Positions 16,323 to 25,766 of a DNA stretch of 64,000 nt are shown one piece after another. Source of the stretch: Bacilli bacterium (lineage in GTDB: Bacteria > Bacillota_I > Bacilli_A > RF39 > UBA660); contig JAFQES010000027.1 of the NCBI GenBank assembly GCA_017398945.1, positions 771 through 64,770 on the forward strand, read 5' to 3'. Position 1 is the stretch's first letter. Every line of letters starts with the position of its first letter. A program made the translations under genes and the position numbers. Below the pieces are notes generated by a model, which saw nothing but the letters and a program-made list of their open reading frames with translations, was not told the DNA's origin and did no database searches.

Positions 16323-17261
16323 TTATAACCTCACTATATCTCTAAAATTTGGTGGGAATCCCATGATATCCATAATTTTTTCAATACTAATTACTTCTAA
16401 CTTACCACTTAAATAGTCAAGTTCATAAGATATCTCATTAATTAATAAGGTAAAATCATCTTGACTTAATAAACCTTTTAAAATAATAATTACTGAGAAT
16501 ATATCATTTTTTCCATAAACATATTCTCCATTTAATTTATCAATGCCTAATTGACTATGATATATCGTATCATCAATTTCTTTTTGAGTTCTATGTTCAT
16601 AACATAAATCTTCATGAGCACACAAATTACGGTAATTAGCTAAGATTGGAAGATAATCTATTAAATCATGCACTTGAATATTTAATATATCTGCTATTTC
16701 ACTTTGATCTGAACTTTTTAATATTGTATAGAGTTCACTTACGATTCCAAAAGATAGCACTTTAACCCCTACCCACAAAGGAACAAAGTTATAATTATTT
16801 ATATAATGTTCAGTGGCTGTATGTTGAAATCCATTAATTCTGATTTGTCTACTCATTTTCTTTAGCAAATCATTTATTTGTTTCTTTCTTTTACTATCCC
16901 TGTTATAAATAGCAGGATTTAAATAATCATTTTCAGTATACCCATGATTTTTACTAATAACATAAGCAATAATACTTTTTAAGTTATTTTCCACAATTAA
17001 AACATTCTTAAAGATAATATTTCTCAGCTGTCTATCAAAAGAAAACATCGCATATAATTCTCTAAACGTTGTTCCAGGCAAAAAAGTACGATCCGCTTGT
17101 GACTTCAAAAAAGGATGACGATATCCACTAATAAAGAAATAATTCTCCCTTAATAAAATATGCTTTGTAAGTAATTCATCTTCAATTATTAACCCTTTAT
17201 TCTTAAGTATTTGGACCTGTTCTTCAAGAGTTTTAAAACTTTTTGATTTCATATGCTCCAC
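16323..17261 (-). CDS. Abi_2 (AbiD/AbiF-like) abortive-infection family protein
   Basis: 312 aa. The N-terminus is FKTLEEQVQILKNKGLII, and a HEPN-type motif is LANYRNLCAHEDL. Confidence 0.75.
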   Translation of the reverse strand: MEHMKSKSFKTLEEQVQILKNKGLIIEDELLTKHILLRENYFFISGYRHPFLKSQADRTFLPGTTFRELYAMFSFDRQLRNIIFKNVLIVENNLKSIIAYVISKNHGYTENDYLNPAIYNRDSKRKKQINDLLKKMSRQIRINGFQHTATEHYINNYNFVPLWVGVKVLSFGIVSELYTILKSSDQSEIADILNIQVHDLIDYLPILANYRNLCAHEDLCYEHRTQKEIDDTIYHSQLGIDKLNGEYVYGKNDIFSVIIILKGLLSQDDFTLLINEISYELDYLSGKLEVISIEKIMDIMGFPPNFRDIVRL

Positions 17262-17352
17262 CTATTATATAATTATATCACAAAGTTCTTTTAAAGAATA
17301 CTTAAATAATATGATTTTAATGCAAAATAAATGTGAAAAAAATGTGAATTTT

Positions 17353-18003
17353 TTAAATATCTATATTAGTAATACTTTTAGCAATTGCTCCAGCAACTTG
17401 TTTTTGATATTCATCAGTTATAAGTTTAGCTCTTTCCGTAGCATTCGATAAAAAACCACACTCTATTAAAACACCTGGAACTGCTAGTCTTTGATACATA
17501 TAAGTAGCAGTCGGCATTCGCTTGCTTTCTCTATCTCCTTTTAAATTTTTATTTAAATAATCTTGAATATTTTTAGCGTATTCCATATTATCTTTTAAAG
17601 CAAATACTTGCGCACCACTATATTTTGAATCTGTTAAATAATTGAGATGAATAGAAACATAGAAATCCACCTCACTATTATTTATTAACTTAATTCGGTT
17701 ATCAAAATCACTTTTCTTTCTAGCATATGCTGATGGCGAACTTAAATCATAATCTCCTTCTCTAGTCATAACTACATTAGCCCCAAGATTAATTAAGGAT
17801 TCTTTTAAATATAAACTTATTTTTAAATTAATATCTTTTTCATAAATATCTTTATAAGTAGTTCCCGGATCTTTACCACCATGACCTGCATCAATCGCAA
17901 TAGTTTTTTCGTTTAAAGGTAGCTTAGCAGAAACCATATATTTTGAAGATATAAAAAAACATATAAAAAAACATATAAAAATAAACATAATATACTTTTT
18001 CAT
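17353..18003 (-). CDS. cwlD: N-acetylmuramoyl-L-alanine amidase CwlD (germination-specific type)
   Basis: 216 aa. N-terminal TM segment, IAIDAGHGGKDPG, VSIHLNY...SGAQVF. Confidence 0.8.
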   Translation of the reverse strand: MKKYIMFIFICFFICFFISSKYMVSAKLPLNEKTIAIDAGHGGKDPGTTYKDIYEKDINLKISLYLKESLINLGANVVMTREGDYDLSSPSAYARKKSDFDNRIKLINNSEVDFYVSIHLNYLTDSKYSGAQVFALKDNMEYAKNIQDYLNKNLKGDRESKRMPTATYMYQRLAVPGVLIECGFLSNATERAKLITDEYQKQVAGAIAKSITNIDI

Positions 18004-18038
18004 ATTAAAATATATGCATAATCAATATTTTTAAAATA

Positions 18039-18064
18039 AAAAAGAACTAATTTATTAGTTCAAA
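18039..18064 (-). terminator. Rho-independent terminator
   Basis: The minus strand reads GAACTAAT-aa-ATTAGTTC followed by TTTTTT, just downstream of the stop at 18073. Confidence 0.5.
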
Positions 18065-18072
18065 ATTAAATT

Positions 18073-18483
18073 CTATTTTTGAGAATTATTAACTCTTTTT
18101 TTAACACTTACGGCCAAATCAGGATTTGTTATGTATCCAAGCATTTGTTCCTTTGTTATTTCTTCAAATTTCCACATTCCGTATTTTACTACGTCTTTTG
18201 TTTTTTCATAATAACCAGTATGAAGTCTAAAACTTACTCCATTATTAATTTGATTTAAAATGATCTCATCAAAAGTCATAGAGGTAAAGCAAGAATCATC
18301 GGCCCATTTAATCAAATCCCGCTCTTCGTAGAAGAAAGGCCAGATTGGACTATAAGTAATAACATGGTTTGTTACATCAAAAACTCCAGGAACTCGACCA
18401 GATGGGTCACTTAATTTCATTTTCCCATATCGCATTCCTCGCTCAATACAATCAGGCTTTAAATTGCATCCACCCATTCTCAT
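18073..18483 (-). CDS. Hypothetical protein
   Basis: 136 aa. It has a 4-nt overlap with the upstream ORF. No recognisable motif. Confidence 0.4.
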   Translation of the reverse strand: MRMGGCNLKPDCIERGMRYGKMKLSDPSGRVPGVFDVTNHVITYSPIWPFFYEERDLIKWADDSCFTSMTFDEIILNQINNGVSFRLHTGYYEKTKDVVKYGMWKFEEITKEQMLGYITNPDLAVSVKKRVNNSQK

Positions 18484-18713
18484 AAATGGACTGCTTTCTT
18501 ACAATAATCATCTCTTAAACTTCTTAAAGAGCCTTCGTTATCAAAATCGTATTTAGCCAATTCCTCACTAGATATATATTCTAGAAAAAATCGTTCTGGA
18601 TCTATATCACCTTTTCGAAATTCCAATATTTTTTCAAAAATATCTTCTCCGTCTTTCAATTCCATCTGATTAAATCTAAAAAATTCATCATTATAAACTT
18701 TTGCCAGAACCAC
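18480..18713 (-). CDS. Hypothetical protein
   Basis: 77 aa, acidic. It lies directly downstream of the CHAP-domain gene. Confidence 0.35.
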   Translation of the reverse strand: MVLAKVYNDEFFRFNQMELKDGEDIFEKILEFRKGDIDPERFFLEYISSEELAKYDFDNEGSLRSLRDDYCKKAVHL

Positions 18714-18723
18714 ACCTTCAAAT

Positions 18724-19740
18724 TTAATTATAATTTCCTCTATTCTTTCTTTTCCTAAATTTAAATATCAAACATAAACCAATAAGAATTATAACCCCAG
18801 CACCAACAGTCAAAATAATTATTTTCTCATTACCTTTTTTTACTATTGTTTGTTCAACTTGATTACTACTTTTTTCTATTTCAGGTTGCTCTTCTATTTT
18901 TTCTTTTCTTGTTACTTTTACAACATATTCTTTCGTAGTCCCATCTTCTGCCGTTACTACTAACTTTAACTCATTTGAACCGACATTTAATTCATAATTT
19001 CCGATTCCTTTAATTGTTGCTTTTTTATGTTCTGTTGTTGCATTAATTGTTATTTGTTCAACTTCATTTTCAACTTCTAAAGCATATTCAAATACTTCTT
19101 TATCAAAAATAATTGTTCCTACACTAAGCTCAATATCACTCAAATTAGCATTGTTAGATTTCTTAACTTCCGCTTTCGTTTCTTCTTTTTTGGTTGTAGC
19201 AGGTGTGCTTGTTGAACTTGACGATGTTGGCTTTTTAGGTGCATTATCTAAATATATGTAACCAGTTATTTCATAATCACTAGGTGATATTGTATATTTA
19301 CAAGCAATTCTTTTAGCATTTGCTCTACAAACTTTATCAGTTTCTTCACTAACTCCATTAGCAATACAGTTGATATATTTTGGATCTTCCTCATCGATAC
19401 ATGGTCCAGTAGAATCCCAAACATACATAATATTTCCTTCTACCTTCTCTACATACCCAACATGTCCATAAGATGTCCAATTACCCCACACTACAATAGA
19501 ATTAGCTTCAGGAGTTGTTCCAACACTATAGCCATCATTACTTGCATCACTATACCACTCTTTAGCATTACCCCAACCAGGTAATGTAACTCCCGCTTTT
19601 TCACTTGCCATTTTCCATGCATACCACGTACAATTGGTCCCATAAGGTCCACTCGGTTTATATGGATTTGATGCTGCATAAACATTTTGAATCCCTATAA
19701 TAAGTATTAAAAACACAATAAAATATAAACTTTTTTTCAT
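18724..19740 (-). CDS. Secreted CHAP-domain peptidoglycan hydrolase with a beta-sandwich repeat and a C-terminal membrane anchor
   Basis: The probable start is MKKSLYFIVFLILI (signal peptide); the track ORF extends to 19779. CHAP motifs are NCTWYAWKMA and YGHVGYVEKV. The C-terminus has a TM segment plus KFRKRKNRG. Confidence 0.7.
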   Translation of the reverse strand: MKKSLYFIVFLILIIGIQNVYAASNPYKPSGPYGTNCTWYAWKMASEKAGVTLPGWGNAKEWYSDASNDGYSVGTTPEANSIVVWGNWTSYGHVGYVEKVEGNIMYVWDSTGPCIDEEDPKYINCIANGVSEETDKVCRANAKRIACKYTISPSDYEITGYIYLDNAPKKPTSSSSTSTPATTKKEETKAEVKKSNNANLSDIELSVGTIIFDKEVFEYALEVENEVEQITINATTEHKKATIKGIGNYELNVGSNELKLVVTAEDGTTKEYVVKVTRKEKIEEQPEIEKSSNQVEQTIVKKGNEKIIILTVGAGVIILIGLCLIFKFRKRKNRGNYN

Positions 19741-19938
19741 TATAACAATCACACTTCCCACATATTTGTTCAATAGCAATTTCTGCAGATATATAATTTA
19801 TCAAAGTGCTATTCTTTTCAACTTTACTTTTTTATAATTCTATAATCTTCAGTTGCTAATTTATTTATCCGTTATATTAATTATATCACTAATAAGACAA
19901 ATAACAAAATATAGTTATTTTAAATGCTAAAACAACTT

Positions 19939-19995
19939 CCCATAAATGAGCTTTTTGAAACATTGAAATAAGTAAACCTTAACGTTTTGTTAATT
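19939..19995. repeat. Copy A of a 57-bp direct repeat (degenerate duplicate of the rpsI 3' end and terminator)
   Basis: cccataaatgagctttttgaaacattgaaataagtaaACcttaacgttttgTTaatt differs from copy B at 4 positions. Confidence 0.8.
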
Positions 19996-20076
19996 AGCTT
20001 TCCCTTACTTAATGGACTTCTCAGCCTACTTGTAAACTACTTAAACTGACTACACCAGAGTCTAAGGCAATATTAA

Positions 20077-20490
20077 TTATGAAACATATTTTATTAGCTT
20101 TTCTTTTTCATCTAGATCAGTAAGAAAGTAAATAGAATTATTATTTAGAATACTTTTTATTAATTTTTTATCATTTTTATTGAGCAGTTTATGCACAACA
20201 TATTTTTGATCCAGCTGATTAGTCTGTGTATTGAAATCATTACAATAATCCAAAAATCCTAGCAATAGTTCAACATCACCTTTATCAATAAAGTAATCAA
20301 TTATTTTATTTCTGTTGTAATCCGAATATATCGCCACTAAACTTGTTAGAGTATATGCCTCATCGTCAATAATTAATTTTGCAACTAAATCATTAAATTC
20401 TTCTATAGTTATTTTAATAATCAAAGTATGAAAAGGCCCTTCATTACATTGTCTTATAATCCTTTTTTCTTTGCTAGTATAATTACTCAT
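20077..20490 (-). CDS. Hypothetical protein, sole ORF of the segment bracketed by the 57-bp repeats
   Basis: 137 aa with no recognisable motif. Confidence 0.4.
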   Translation of the reverse strand: MSNYTSKEKRIIRQCNEGPFHTLIIKITIEEFNDLVAKLIIDDEAYTLTSLVAIYSDYNRNKIIDYFIDKGDVELLLGFLDYCNDFNTQTNQLDQKYVVHKLLNKNDKKLIKSILNNNSIYFLTDLDEKEKLIKYVS

Positions 20491-20599
20491 TTATCTTAAG
20501 CTCCTTTCCTTTTATAATTTTATTATATCATAACCGGTAAATTTGTAACCTTCGACTAAAAAATGTGTTTTTTTCTATATTTTACTGCAGCAAAAAAAG

Positions 20600-20656
20600 C
20601 CCATAAATGAGCTTTTTGAAACATTGAAATAAGTAATTCTTAACGTTTTGAGAATT
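20600..20656. repeat. Copy B of the 57-bp direct repeat (authentic rpsI stop codon and terminator)
   Basis: cccataaatgagctttttgaaacattgaaataagtaaTTcttaacgttttgAGaatt. It includes the last codons of rpsI (…FSKR-stop). Confidence 0.8.
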
Positions 20657-21056
20657 GTGGAGCACGACGTGCTTTTTTAAGTCCGTATTTCTTTCTTTCT
20701 TTAATACGAGAATCTCTAGTGATAAATCCACCAGCTTTTAAAATACGGCGATAAGAATCTTCTCTAGTTTGATCAGTATTTTCATCAAATTTTAGTAATG
20801 CTCTAGTAATCCCTAATCTGATAGCTCCAGTTTGACCTGAGAATCCACCACCAGATACGTTTACTTCGATATCAAATCTATTTTCATTATCAGTTGCTAC
20901 TAATGGTTGTTTTAAGTCTAAAACTAAAGTTGCATAAGGCATGTATTCATTAACATCTACACCATTAACAGTAATTTTACCAGTTCCTCCAACCATTTTA
21001 ACTCTAGCTACAGAACGTTTTCTACGTCCAGTTGCAGTCCATACTTGTTTACTCAT
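20640..21056 (-). CDS. rpsI: 30S ribosomal protein S9
   Basis: 138 aa. [10 protein letters not shown] and the C-terminal [12 protein letters not shown]. Confidence 0.95.
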   Translation of the reverse strand: MSKQVWTATGRRKRSVARVKMVGGTGKITVNGVDVNEYMPYATLVLDLKQPLVATDNENRFDIEVNVSGGGFSGQTGAIRLGITRALLKFDENTDQTREDSYRRILKAGGFITRDSRIKERKKYGLKKARRAPQFSKR

Positions 21057-21067
21057 AACTTACCCTC

Positions 21068-21499
21068 CTAATCAACCTTTAAGATTTCTGGTTTTTGAGC
21101 TTCATGCTTATGATTAGCATCTGCATAAACAAATAATTTTTTATACATTTTTGCTCCTAAAGCGTTATGAGGAAGCATTCCTTTGATAGCTCTTTCTACC
21201 ATTTCTTCTGGATATTTTTCAATCATAGTTTGAGCGTTTCTTTCTCTTAATCCTCCAGGGAATCCACTATGATTGTAATACATCTTATCAGCCATTTTGT
21301 TTCCAGTTAATTTAACTTTGTTAGCATTGATTACGATTACATAATCACCACAATCAACATGAGGAGTATAAGTAACTTTGTGTTTTCCTCTTAATACTGT
21401 AGCAACTTTAGTTGCTAAACGTCCTAATGTTTGATTTTCTGCATCAACGATGTACCACTTACGTTCAACGTTTTCTTTTTTTTGCATAAATGATTTCAT
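21068..21499 (-). CDS. rplM: 50S ribosomal protein L13
   Basis: [23 protein letters not shown] place the start at MKSFMQKK (21499), preceded by AAAGGA. The track ORF's 38-codon N-terminal extension covers the promoter. Confidence 0.93.
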   Translation of the reverse strand: MKSFMQKKENVERKWYIVDAENQTLGRLATKVATVLRGKHKVTYTPHVDCGDYVIVINANKVKLTGNKMADKMYYNHSGFPGGLRERNAQTMIEKYPEEMVERAIKGMLPHNALGAKMYKKLFVYADANHKHEAQKPEILKVD

Positions 21500-21580
21500 T
21501 ATTTTAATTCCTTTCACCATTCTCCTCTTTAAACTTTCCCAGGGTCTAAAGCTTCGAATAAATAAAATGTACCATTCAAA

Positions 21581-21609
21581 ATTATATGAGATTAACCCTA
21601 AAAAGTCAA
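21581..21609 (-). promoter_or_regulatory. Sigma-A promoter of rplM-rpsI
   Basis: The minus strand reads TTGACT (21609-21604), a 17-nt spacer, then TATAAT (21586-21581). Confidence 0.65.
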
Positions 21610-21610
21610 A

Positions 21611-21640
21611 CAAAAAAGCAAAAATATTACAATTTTTGCT
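21611..21640 (-). terminator. Rho-independent terminator after the HerA-like gene
   Basis: The minus strand reads AGCAAAAAT-tgtaat-ATTTTTGCT followed by TTTTTTG. It overlaps the stop codon. Confidence 0.55.
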
Positions 21641-23405
21641 AATTATTATACCAAATTCCTAAAATATCACAGCTTGAACTCATTGGTAATGGATTTGGCA
21701 TAGCCATTCTGATTAATGTTGGTAACTTGAATGCAGTACCAAACAAAATACAATTACCCGGTTGTAATGTCTTCATTTTTTGAATTGTAGCTTCAGTTAT
21801 ATCAGGAACAACATGAGATATAAAACTTAAATCTTTAGGATGAATCATCTTAAACATTAAAAAATTTGAACATTGTGACAAGGCTGTTTCTGATAACTCT
21901 GATGGTCTTTGCGTAATTAAGCCTAATAAAACCCCATACTTTCTTCCTTCTTTAGCAATTCTATCAAATATGTTATAACCAATAATATTCACGTCATTAT
22001 CATTTTGAACATACCGATGAGCCTCTTCTAAAACAATATGAACCGGAACTGAAGCTCTAATTTCCATTCCTTTACAAAAATCATATAACATCCTTGAATA
22101 TATTTTAGCAATCATTTTAGCCAAACGATCATCAATAAAATTTATATTTATATTTAATATTTGACATTTTCTATCTCCATCATATAATAACTTTTGCATA
22201 AACTCCATTTCAGTTATATATTCTGGATATTCAAAAAATATTTTATCACTACTATTTCTTAAAGTATCTAAGTTTGTTTTTATATAATAAATATCATTAT
22301 ATAAAGTTTCATTTCTTAAAATACCCTCATCAATTAGGGCAAACTCTAAAGCATAAGCTAAATCATCTAGGGTATAAGCATAAGATTTATCTGGAGCTTT
22401 AAGAACAATATCTTCTTTTATAAGTTTACTTAAAAACTCGTTAACTAAATCAATTGCTCTAATCTTACCAGAATCATCAATCAATAAACACTGTTTTAAA
22501 GGACGGACATAGCCAGGTTGCGCTACAGAAGAATCTAAATTTATTAATCTTGTATTATATTTTGTTAATACTGAAAAAAACTGATCTCTAATTTGCGATG
22601 ATGGTCTTCCACTTGTTAATATTTCTAATAATGATTTTGCAATAATACTTGTTTTATATTCTAAAACCTTTTCTTCATCTTGCGCAAAAATATCAACAAA
22701 CTTTAAAGTTTTTTCTAATACAGGTATTTGTGAAACGTTTTTTACATTTAACAATAAAGCTAAATCATCAATACCAAGTAACCATACCGGAATCTTTAAT
22801 ATATTATCAATTTGACTTTTATTTGTAGTTAATGATTTAAAAACAAAATTTGGATTACTTTGAATCAATGCTTTAAATGAAGGTTCATATTCTCCAAAAG
22901 AATCAATAACTACAAAACTAGCATTTTTTGGAAATGCTTCTTTTCTAAATAAATTTTGAATTACAGTTGCAAATCCACATGACTTTCCTGAACCACTACT
23001 TCCGACAATCGCAAAATTATGACTAAATAAGGATTGAACTTTAGCACCCACTTTAATATCGGAATAAACCATACTATTTCCTAAATACAATTCATATTTG
23101 TCCTGTTCATTTTCAATTCCAATAATTTTATTAATATATTTGGGTGAAAGTAAATTTACTTGCGCTTTAAATGAAGGCTTATTAGATACCCCATAAACAA
23201 AATTATTACTAACAAACTCTCCCACTAAGTTTACTGAAGCTACATTATTTCTAATTCCTACTACTTCACCAACGTAATTTTTATTGTTTTCACTCATAAG
23301 TACGAATACATTAATAATATTCTGAATCTCACTAGCATTGATACTTAATTCTACTTCTACTAAGTTTTCATTTATTCCAATTATTTTTCCTAGCATCACT
23401 AACAC
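21639..23405 (-). CDS. HerA-like (DUF87) P-loop ATPase
   Basis: 588 aa. Walker A is [11 protein letters not shown], Walker B is [11 protein letters not shown], followed by [18 protein letters not shown]. The N-terminus is barrel-like ([15 protein letters not shown]). Confidence 0.7.
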   Translation of the reverse strand: MLVMLGKIIGINENLVEVELSINASEIQNIINVFVLMSENNKNYVGEVVGIRNNVASVNLVGEFVSNNFVYGVSNKPSFKAQVNLLSPKYINKIIGIENEQDKYELYLGNSMVYSDIKVGAKVQSLFSHNFAIVGSSGSGKSCGFATVIQNLFRKEAFPKNASFVVIDSFGEYEPSFKALIQSNPNFVFKSLTTNKSQIDNILKIPVWLLGIDDLALLLNVKNVSQIPVLEKTLKFVDIFAQDEEKVLEYKTSIIAKSLLEILTSGRPSSQIRDQFFSVLTKYNTRLINLDSSVAQPGYVRPLKQCLLIDDSGKIRAIDLVNEFLSKLIKEDIVLKAPDKSYAYTLDDLAYALEFALIDEGILRNETLYNDIYYIKTNLDTLRNSSDKIFFEYPEYITEMEFMQKLLYDGDRKCQILNININFIDDRLAKMIAKIYSRMLYDFCKGMEIRASVPVHIVLEEAHRYVQNDNDVNIIGYNIFDRIAKEGRKYGVLLGLITQRPSELSETALSQCSNFLMFKMIHPKDLSFISHVVPDITEATIQKMKTLQPGNCILFGTAFKLPTLIRMAMPNPLPMSSSCDILGIWYNN

Positions 23406-23454
23406 CCTTTACTATTATCATAATAACACATATTTTATTAAAACTTCAACAACT

Positions 23455-24177
23455 TTAATAAAATATTTTCTTCAAATAAAGTCCCTTTGCTGGTGCGGTT
23501 GATAATTGTTTAGGCACTTGAGAATAGTCTAACATCTTTTTAATATCACCTAAAGATACTTTTCCTTTATTATAATCAAGCATAGCTCCGACTAAATTAC
23601 GGACCATATACTTATAAAAAGCTTTACCAACAAATATAATACTAAGTATATCTTTTTCTTTTTTTATTTTAATGTCATAAATTAACGAAACTGTATTAGC
23701 ATTTTCCCCACTAACAAAGTTTTTAAAATCATATTGACCAACAAACAATTTACTAACTTTCTTTAATTTCTTAATATCAATAGCAAATTTAGGTTGCAAA
23801 TAAAAATCTTCTTTTAAAGGAGATGCTTCTCCTAAATTTATTTTGTAAACATAAACTTTTTTCTTAACAGAAAACCTTGCATGAAAAGAATCCTCTACAT
23901 AATGACACGACTTAACTAAAATATAATTACTCACATATCTTTGAATGGCCTTTCTTAAGCTTTCTAACCCCATATCATAATCTATATCGAAGTGAAAACA
24001 TTGTTCAAAAGCATGTACCCCTTTATCAGTCCTTCCCGCTCCTTTTATTAAAACTTCTTTTTTAAATACTCTTTTTAACGATTCTTCTATTTCTTTTTGA
24101 ACGGTTGGTAAATCATTCAATCTTTGAAATCCATAAAACTTACTACCATCATAAGCTATTTTTACTAAGTATCTCAT
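23455..24177 (-). CDS. truA: tRNA pseudouridine(38-40) synthase
   Basis: 240 aa. KIAYDGSKFYGFQRL and GAGRTDKGVHA. Confidence 0.92.
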   Translation of the reverse strand: MRYLVKIAYDGSKFYGFQRLNDLPTVQKEIEESLKRVFKKEVLIKGAGRTDKGVHAFEQCFHFDIDYDMGLESLRKAIQRYVSNYILVKSCHYVEDSFHARFSVKKKVYVYKINLGEASPLKEDFYLQPKFAIDIKKLKKVSKLFVGQYDFKNFVSGENANTVSLIYDIKIKKEKDILSIIFVGKAFYKYMVRNLVGAMLDYNKGKVSLGDIKKMLDYSQVPKQLSTAPAKGLYLKKIFY

Positions 24178-24770
24178 AATCTATACAATCCTTTTAATAA
24201 TTCTGATATATCAATATAATTATCAAGCTTCTTGCCTAAGAGATGACATTTTTTGACAAAAGATATTATTTGTGGTCTATCAATATATTTAAAAATAGAT
24301 TCATTATAAAACTCTTTATTAGTTAAAGTTTTTGCTATTTCTTGATTTTCTAAAATAATTATTTTATCTACAAAACCCAACAAAAATTCCAAATCATTAG
24401 TAAATACTAACACTTTTACTTTATAATCAAGCGCTAACTTTCTAAGAATTCTTTTTATATAAATTCTTTCTTTTTCATTTAACCCTTTTTCAAAATAATT
24501 TAAAATCACTTCTTTTCCCTTTAATAATTGAGTAGCTAAAATAATTAATTTTTCTTCTAAAGAAAGCAAATCATTAACATGTTTTTCTAGCACTTGTTCT
24601 TCTATTCCTAACATTCTAAATACTTTTAATATTTTTTCTTGAGAAGATAATGCTAGCAAATATTCTTTCAAAGCAACTTTTGGCAACTTATTTTCTTTAT
24701 TATAATTAGCATTTAAAAAAGTGGTAATTTCGCCAAAAGAAGCTAAATTTAAATAATAATTTATTTCCAT
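24174..24770 (-). CDS. ABC-ATPase-like protein lacking Walker A and with a degenerate Walker B (EcfA-like position)
   Basis: 198 aa. LSLEEKLIILATQLL sits where the ABC signature would be, and VILNYFEKGLN where Walker B/D-loop would be. There is no P-loop. Confidence 0.4.
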   Translation of the reverse strand: MEINYYLNLASFGEITTFLNANYNKENKLPKVALKEYLLALSSQEKILKVFRMLGIEEQVLEKHVNDLLSLEEKLIILATQLLKGKEVILNYFEKGLNEKERIYIKRILRKLALDYKVKVLVFTNDLEFLLGFVDKIIILENQEIAKTLTNKEFYNESIFKYIDRPQIISFVKKCHLLGKKLDNYIDISELLKGLYRL

Positions 24771-25402
24771 AATTCCCCTACCAATTCATCATCACTATAA
24801 CAAGTCTTACTTACCATTCCATACAATTTTAATTGATTTGATAAATCAACTATAAATGGCAATCTATATCCTAATCTTTTTAAAATTTTATCTTCTTCTA
24901 AAACTACTTTAGCTGGTCCACTAATAGCCAATTTATCTTGCATGAAAACCATTATTTGTCCGGAAAAGAAATAATCATCTTCAATAGTTTGAGAATAAGC
25001 TATTATTACAATGTTATTCTCTTCAGCATATTTAAAAATAGCTTCTCTTATGCTTTTATTTAAGTAAGTTAAATAATTATCTATAACTATAACCCCATCT
25101 TTTATAGGCATTTTTAAAATAATCTTTAAAAAGTATTTCTCACTAATACTTAGATCATCTATGGATTTATCAATCATATCACCAAGTTTACTAAACGAAG
25201 CTACATTAACATCATAGTTTTCTAATTCCGTTTTAACAAAATCTGTCGAAAATGAAAAATCATCATTTAAGATACTAATATTTAACTTTTTTAATTCTTC
25301 ATTCAAATTGTTTTTTATTTTTTTAGATGTACCTAAAATTAATGTGTTTGTTTTATATAGATATACATCATCTACGTGTAATAATATTTCCATTATTCTC
25401 AC
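24761..25402 (-). CDS. ABC-ATPase-like protein with degenerate motifs (EcfA-like position)
   Basis: 213 aa. LILGTSKKI replaces GxxGxGKS, LSISEKYFLKIIL replaces LSGGQ, and VIVIDNYLTYLN replaces the DEPT Walker B. The C-terminal LGYRLPFIVDL resembles the EcfA tail. Confidence 0.4.
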   Translation of the reverse strand: MRIMEILLHVDDVYLYKTNTLILGTSKKIKNNLNEELKKLNISILNDDFSFSTDFVKTELENYDVNVASFSKLGDMIDKSIDDLSISEKYFLKIILKMPIKDGVIVIDNYLTYLNKSIREAIFKYAEENNIVIIAYSQTIEDDYFFSGQIMVFMQDKLAISGPAKVVLEEDKILKRLGYRLPFIVDLSNQLKLYGMVSKTCYSDDELVGELWK

Positions 25403-25474
25403 CTACAAAGTATTATAATTTTAATCTAAAAATAACACAAGAGTTTTATCACCAAAAAAAGAAAGCTAAGCCTT

Positions 25475-25765
25475 CTATTTCATCTTAATTATAACTTCAT
25501 CTGGCAAAGAATAAAAAAATGTCTCTCTTGCATATCTTGCCACATATTCCGGATCTTGTAATTTTGTTACTTCAGCTTGTAATTCTTTTTCTTCTTTTAA
25601 TAACGCCGTATACTTTTCTTGTAAAATTACAGTTTGTTTTTTATTATCTAAAATCTTTAACCAGTCTTTTAAAACTGAACTAGCTAAGATACCGATGCAC
25701 CCAATCATAAGCACACAAATCATAAATAAGCGACGACGTGATTTTTTTGACACTTTTGATTTCAT
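25475..25765 (-). CDS. divIC: Septum formation initiator (DivIC/FtsB family)
   Basis: The start is taken at MKSKVSKKSRRR, preceded by AGGAGA. It has a TM segment plus a coiled coil, ending DPEYVARYARE. Confidence 0.75.
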   Translation of the reverse strand: MKSKVSKKSRRRLFMICVLMIGCIGILASSVLKDWLKILDNKKQTVILQEKYTALLKEEKELQAEVTKLQDPEYVARYARETFFYSLPDEVIIKMK

Positions 25766-25766
25766 A

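Noticed and set aside
19996-20076. Searched the insert between the 57-bp repeats, and the other intergenic regions, for a tRNA gene or integrase that would explain the duplication
   Set aside because: I could not find a cloverleaf-compatible sequence (no GTTCRANYC T-loop in context) or a recombinase ORF. The duplication is therefore reported only as a footprint of unknown mechanism.
21500-21613. N-terminal extensions of track ORFs: rplM here, and likewise dnaA to 56115, tadA to 46811, metG to 35641, tatD to 33177, yabG to 27860, yabP to 26434, divIC to 25822, rnpA from 56824, mnmE from 59174 and mnmG from 60520
   Set aside because: Internal ATGs preceded by good Shine-Dalgarno sequences coincide with the conserved N-termini of these families. 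The extensions overlap promoters, terminators, the SRP RNA or upstream genes.
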